Positions 33,770 through 36,882 of a stretch of DNA of 36,882 nucleotides are shown here, one piece after another; within the stretch, counting starts at the first letter, position 1, and each line of letters starts with the position of its first letter. Below the pieces are notes generated by a model. It made no database searches. It had not been told where the DNA came from and saw only the letters and a program-made list of their open reading frames with translations. The translations under genes and the position numbers were made by a program. This stretch comes from Octopus bimaculoides (taxonomy: Eukaryota): NCBI RefSeq assembly GCF_001194135.2, contig NC_068987.1, positions 12,064,490 to 12,101,371 of the forward strand, given 5' to 3'.

Positions 33770-33843
33770 ATTGTTATCTCCCAGTCATGTGTGTGTGCAT
33801 GTGTGCGTGTGTGCCTGCATGCGTGTGTGCGTGTGTGTGTGTT

Positions 33844-33883
<40 letters not shown>

Positions 33884-33899
33884 TGTGTGTGTGTGTCTG

Positions 33900-34080
33900 A
33901 AGACGTGTGGCTTAGTAGTTAGGGTACTACATTCACGGTCATAAGATTGTGGTTTCGATTCCTGAATCTGGTGATGCGCTGTGCTTTTGATCAAACCACT
34001 TCATTCCAGGTTGCTCTAGTTAACTCATTTGACAAAAATGAGCAACTCTGAGACGGACCAGCGTCCCTCCAAGGGGCGCG
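33900..34080 (+). mobile_element. SINE family D
   Basis: tRNA-like head gtgtggcttagtagttagg...GGTTTCGATTCC. The core matches 13965-14110. The 3' gacggaccagcgtccctccaagggg resembles a V-SINE-like motif. Confidence 0.7.
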
Positions 34081-34310
34081 GGGGGGAGGATATATAGGGA
34101 ATATATACACAACATAGCCGGAATCAACAGTTACTAATCAACACCGGTTGTCAAGCTGTGGTGGGGGGACAAGCACAAAGACGTATACACACACACATAT
34201 ATATACACAAAATGCACACACACACATACACACACACACACATACACAAACACACGCACACATAAACAAAATGAATTAATAGTGTGATAGGGGCAGTATT
34301 AATACCCAAA

Positions 34311-34685
34311 GGTAAAATATTCACCACTCAAAAGTGGATGTTGCATTAAAACAAATATTGCAATATTTACCGAGAGAAAACTCTCATATGGTTATATAGT
34401 GCATAAAAGCACGTCAGACCTATCACCAGAGGTAGACAATCACCGCTACTTCCGCCGCTCGTACTACCAGATCACGTGATTTCGGTCTGATTTGGCCTTT
34501 TCTATGATATACCGCAATCATGTAATTTGGTTGTCCACACGGTGGAAATAGTGGTGATTGCCTGCCGCTGGCGATATCTATGATATGCCTTTAAGTACTA
34601 TGTAACCATATGAAAGTTTCCTCTCCTGATAACAGCAATTGTGTGTTCTAACGCAACGTCCATTTTTAAGTGGTGAATACATACC
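34311..34685. mobile_element. Foldback element / MITE with ~175-bp inverted arms
   Basis: 34311-34486 aligns to the reverse complement of 34511-34685 (e.g. TATTCACCACT, AAACT.TCATATGGTTA.ATAGT, CAATCACC.CTA.TTCC), with a 24-nt spacer. No TSD was recognised. Confidence 0.8.
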
Positions 34686-34686
34686 G

Positions 34687-34775
<89 letters not shown>

Positions 34776-34790
34776 TACATACATACATAC

Positions 34791-34880
34791 ATAGGCGCAG
34801 GTGTAGCAATGTGGTAAGAAGTTTGCTTCCCAAAATGTCACGAAGTAGGACTGAATCCAGAACCATGTGGTTGGGAAACA
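34791..34880. mobile_element. SINE-B head with an inverted second piece
   Basis: ATAGGCGCAGG...GTTTGCTTCCCAA (+) is followed by GGACTGAATCCAGAACCATGTGGTTGGGAAAC, which is the opposite-orientation head sequence. Confidence 0.65.
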
Positions 34881-35532
34881 AAATGGAGTTATAGTGTCAT
34901 GATAAAAAGAAAAAAAGATTCAGAAATAAGCCATGAATGACAGATCAGAAGAAAATACTGAATCGCTGTACGCAAATGTAGAATTCACACCGAAATAATT
35001 TTAAAAGATAAAATAGAAGTCATCACTGAATGAAGGGTAATAAGGCCCGAGGACAATGACAATCATGAAGAATTCATGGAAATTAAATCAATTCAAATTA
35101 AAAGCAGAAAGCTACCACAATAAATGTGACCCAAGTTATTATCATGATGAAGTAATGGAAGAAATACAAAAGTTAATAATATTGTGGGTGATGACTTGAA
35201 TCAGAAACGAGAAGCAATCTGCTGACTGAAGATGTTACACGAGATAACAACGTAGTGCTATAAAATTTTCACTAAATTTCGCGGGTGAGAATTAGTCGGT
35301 TTTTAGAATTTTATAAGTTAATTTTTTTTTTATTTATTGTATGTGTAGTGAAATAAATGTTACATTTATTATTAAAAACTTGTTTAAAAGAAAATACATT
35401 TTTTTTTTTTGTTTTAGAGATTGGAAATGAGCAGAATTCTCTCGATACTAATGGATTGATTCCGAGCCGATTTCGTTTCCTCCACTTCAATCACATACGT
35501 ACGCACTCGCACGTGCACACACACTCACAGAC

Positions 35533-35580
<48 letters not shown>

Positions 35581-35723
35581 NNNNNNNNNNNNNNNNNNNN
35601 NNNNNNNNNNNNNNNNNNNNNNNNNNNNNNNNNNNNNNNNNNNNNNNNNNNNNNNNNNNNNNNNNNNNNNNNNNNNNNNNNNNNNNNNNNNNNNNNNNNN
35701 NNNNNNNNNNNNNNNNNNNNNNN

Positions 35724-35888
35724 GTTCTGAGTTCAAATTCCGCCGAGGTCGACTTTGCCTTTCATCCTTTCGGGGTCGATTAAATAAGTACCAGTTACGC
35801 ACTAGGGTCGATGCAATCAACTTAATCCGTTTGTCTGTCCTTGTTTGTCCCCTCTGTGTGTAGCGCCTTGTGGGTAGTAAAGAAATAA
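35724..35888 (+). mobile_element. SINE family A, tail type 2 (head lies in the N gap)
   Basis: Direct match to 25860-26030. Confidence 0.88.
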
Positions 35889-35924
35889 CACACATAGAAA
35901 CACAAACATACACACACACACATA

Positions 35925-36045
35925 CATCGGCTCGGCAAAAGCGATCGAAAGAATAGGTACTAGGCTTTAAAAATACTAAGTAGTGGGGTTTATTCGTTAT
36001 TCAAGGCAGTGCCCCAGCATGGCCGCAGTCTAATAACCGAAACAT
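35925..36045 (+). mobile_element. SINE-B 3' fragment
   Basis: cggctcggcaaaagcgatcgaaagaataggtactaggc...gtgccccagcatggccgcagtc. Confidence 0.75.
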
Positions 36046-36130
36046 TAATACAGCAATCACTCGCCATATAACGGTTCACCTATCGCGCCCTCAGTACATC
36101 GCGTATTTTTCTGGCTAATATATGTTATTT

Positions 36131-36264
36131 CCTGCCGAGGTCGACTTTGCTTTTCATCCTTTCGGGGTCGATAAATTAAGTACCAGTTGTATACTGGAGT
36201 CGATCTAACCGACTGGCCCCCTCCTTCCAAATTTCGTGCCTTGTCCCTAGAGTAGAAAAGAATA
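36131..36264 (+). mobile_element. 5'-truncated SINE-A (tail 1) nested in the Tigger-like element
   Basis: gccgaggtcgactttgc...ccttgtccctagagtagaaaagaat. Confidence 0.88.
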
Positions 36265-36620
36265 AATGTAAATTTATATCGCTGACTCCTCAGTATATCG
36301 CGGGTTTCTGCGGCCAATAGGTATCTATATTTTTTAATTTTAATTATTTCTGTGGTAAAATAAGCATTTTTATGCTTAAAAATTAATAGATTAATTAATA
36401 AAAATACAGTACAGTACTGCACTGTATAACACTTTAATTAAAATATATTGAAAGAAAATACGTAGTGTACCGTAGATGAGTAAACAAAGAATTGAACAAA
36501 CTGTATGGAAAACGAAACTCAGGAGGCGAGTGTGTGGTGTTGTTTTGCATTTATAATAAAATGAATATATACAAATTACAAAAATAATAAAAGAATATAT
36601 ACAGTACAGTACTGTTTCTA

Positions 36621-36812
36621 TTGGGTTGTCCGGAAAGTTCCTACCGATTTTTAAAGGAAAGAAAAAGGTCAAATAAATACTTGCCATTACATTTTTAAGT
36701 CACCAAATATGAACCATTTTGTTGCACAATGTGTCTCCATCTTTCCTTTAACTTGAAAATAAGTCGAAAGGTAAGGTACTATAAATCAGCACGAACTTTC
36801 TGGACAATCCAA
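36621..36812 (-). mobile_element. Mariner-derived MITE (192 bp) with ~30-bp TIRs and TA TSD
   Basis: TA|TTGGGTTGTCCGGAAAGTTC...GAACTTTCTGGACAATCCAA|TA. The minus strand retains the transposase C-terminus FKLKERWRHIVQQNGSYLVT*. Confidence 0.9.
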
Positions 36813-36882
36813 TACTTCGTGCATTTCCACGTATTGCGGTGGTTTTTGGAACGTAACACGCGCAATAGTGGAGAGATTACTG

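Larger units (their letters stand above)
36051..36882 (+). mobile_element. Tigger/pogo-like non-autonomous element containing two nested insertions
   Basis: Left end TA|CAGCAATCACTCGCCATAT; right end GAGAGATTACTG at the window edge. Homologous to 29583-29800. Confidence 0.8.

Noticed and set aside
34930-35260. Short ORF with an ITIM-like SLYANV, and possible LINE endonuclease remnants (TINVTQV, EVMEEIQKLII)
   Set aside because: Fragmentary, in different frames with many stops. No splice sites or catalytic motifs (e.g. GDFN) support either reading.
4945-36264. tRNA genes, or a CRISPR-like repeat-spacer array, suggested by recurring conserved ~40-nt motifs
   Set aside because: The motifs are SINE heads and cores with long bodies, tails and TSDs. 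They are irregularly spaced and occur in both orientations. No complete cloverleaf and no cas genes were seen.

Overview
AT-rich, gapped draft-assembly sequence from an animal genome. The SINE families and the dense (TA)n/(CA)n/(TACA)n/(AAT)n microsatellites look like Octopus; this is an inference from recalled repeat sequences, not a database hit. I found no intact long protein-coding ORF. Almost every ORF in the supplied track is a microsatellite, N-gap or transposon artefact. The window is dominated by mobile DNA: about 18 copies of one modular tRNA-derived SINE, three further SINE families, decayed Tc1/mariner elements of three clades (DD41D-like, DD37D/maT-like, DD34D mariner), Tigger/pogo-like and mariner MITEs (one triple-nested), a Helentron-like fragment, RTE LINE scraps, a long foldback element and several Penelope-like pieces. 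The most notable signals are three. (1) Three different minimal type-I hammerhead ribozyme motifs lie within 3.6 kb (19.2, 20.9, 22.7 kb); one keeps the full catalytic core. (2) Colinear minus-strand exon-like fragments at about 15.1-19.6 kb resemble an otopetrin proton-channel gene that is probably decayed. (3) Several long inverted repeats could form dsRNA, including a Penelope GIY-YIG fragment with an inverted 3' copy. Family names come from recalled motifs, and alignments and folds were done by eye. Boundaries of degenerate repeats are approximate (about 10-20 nt).
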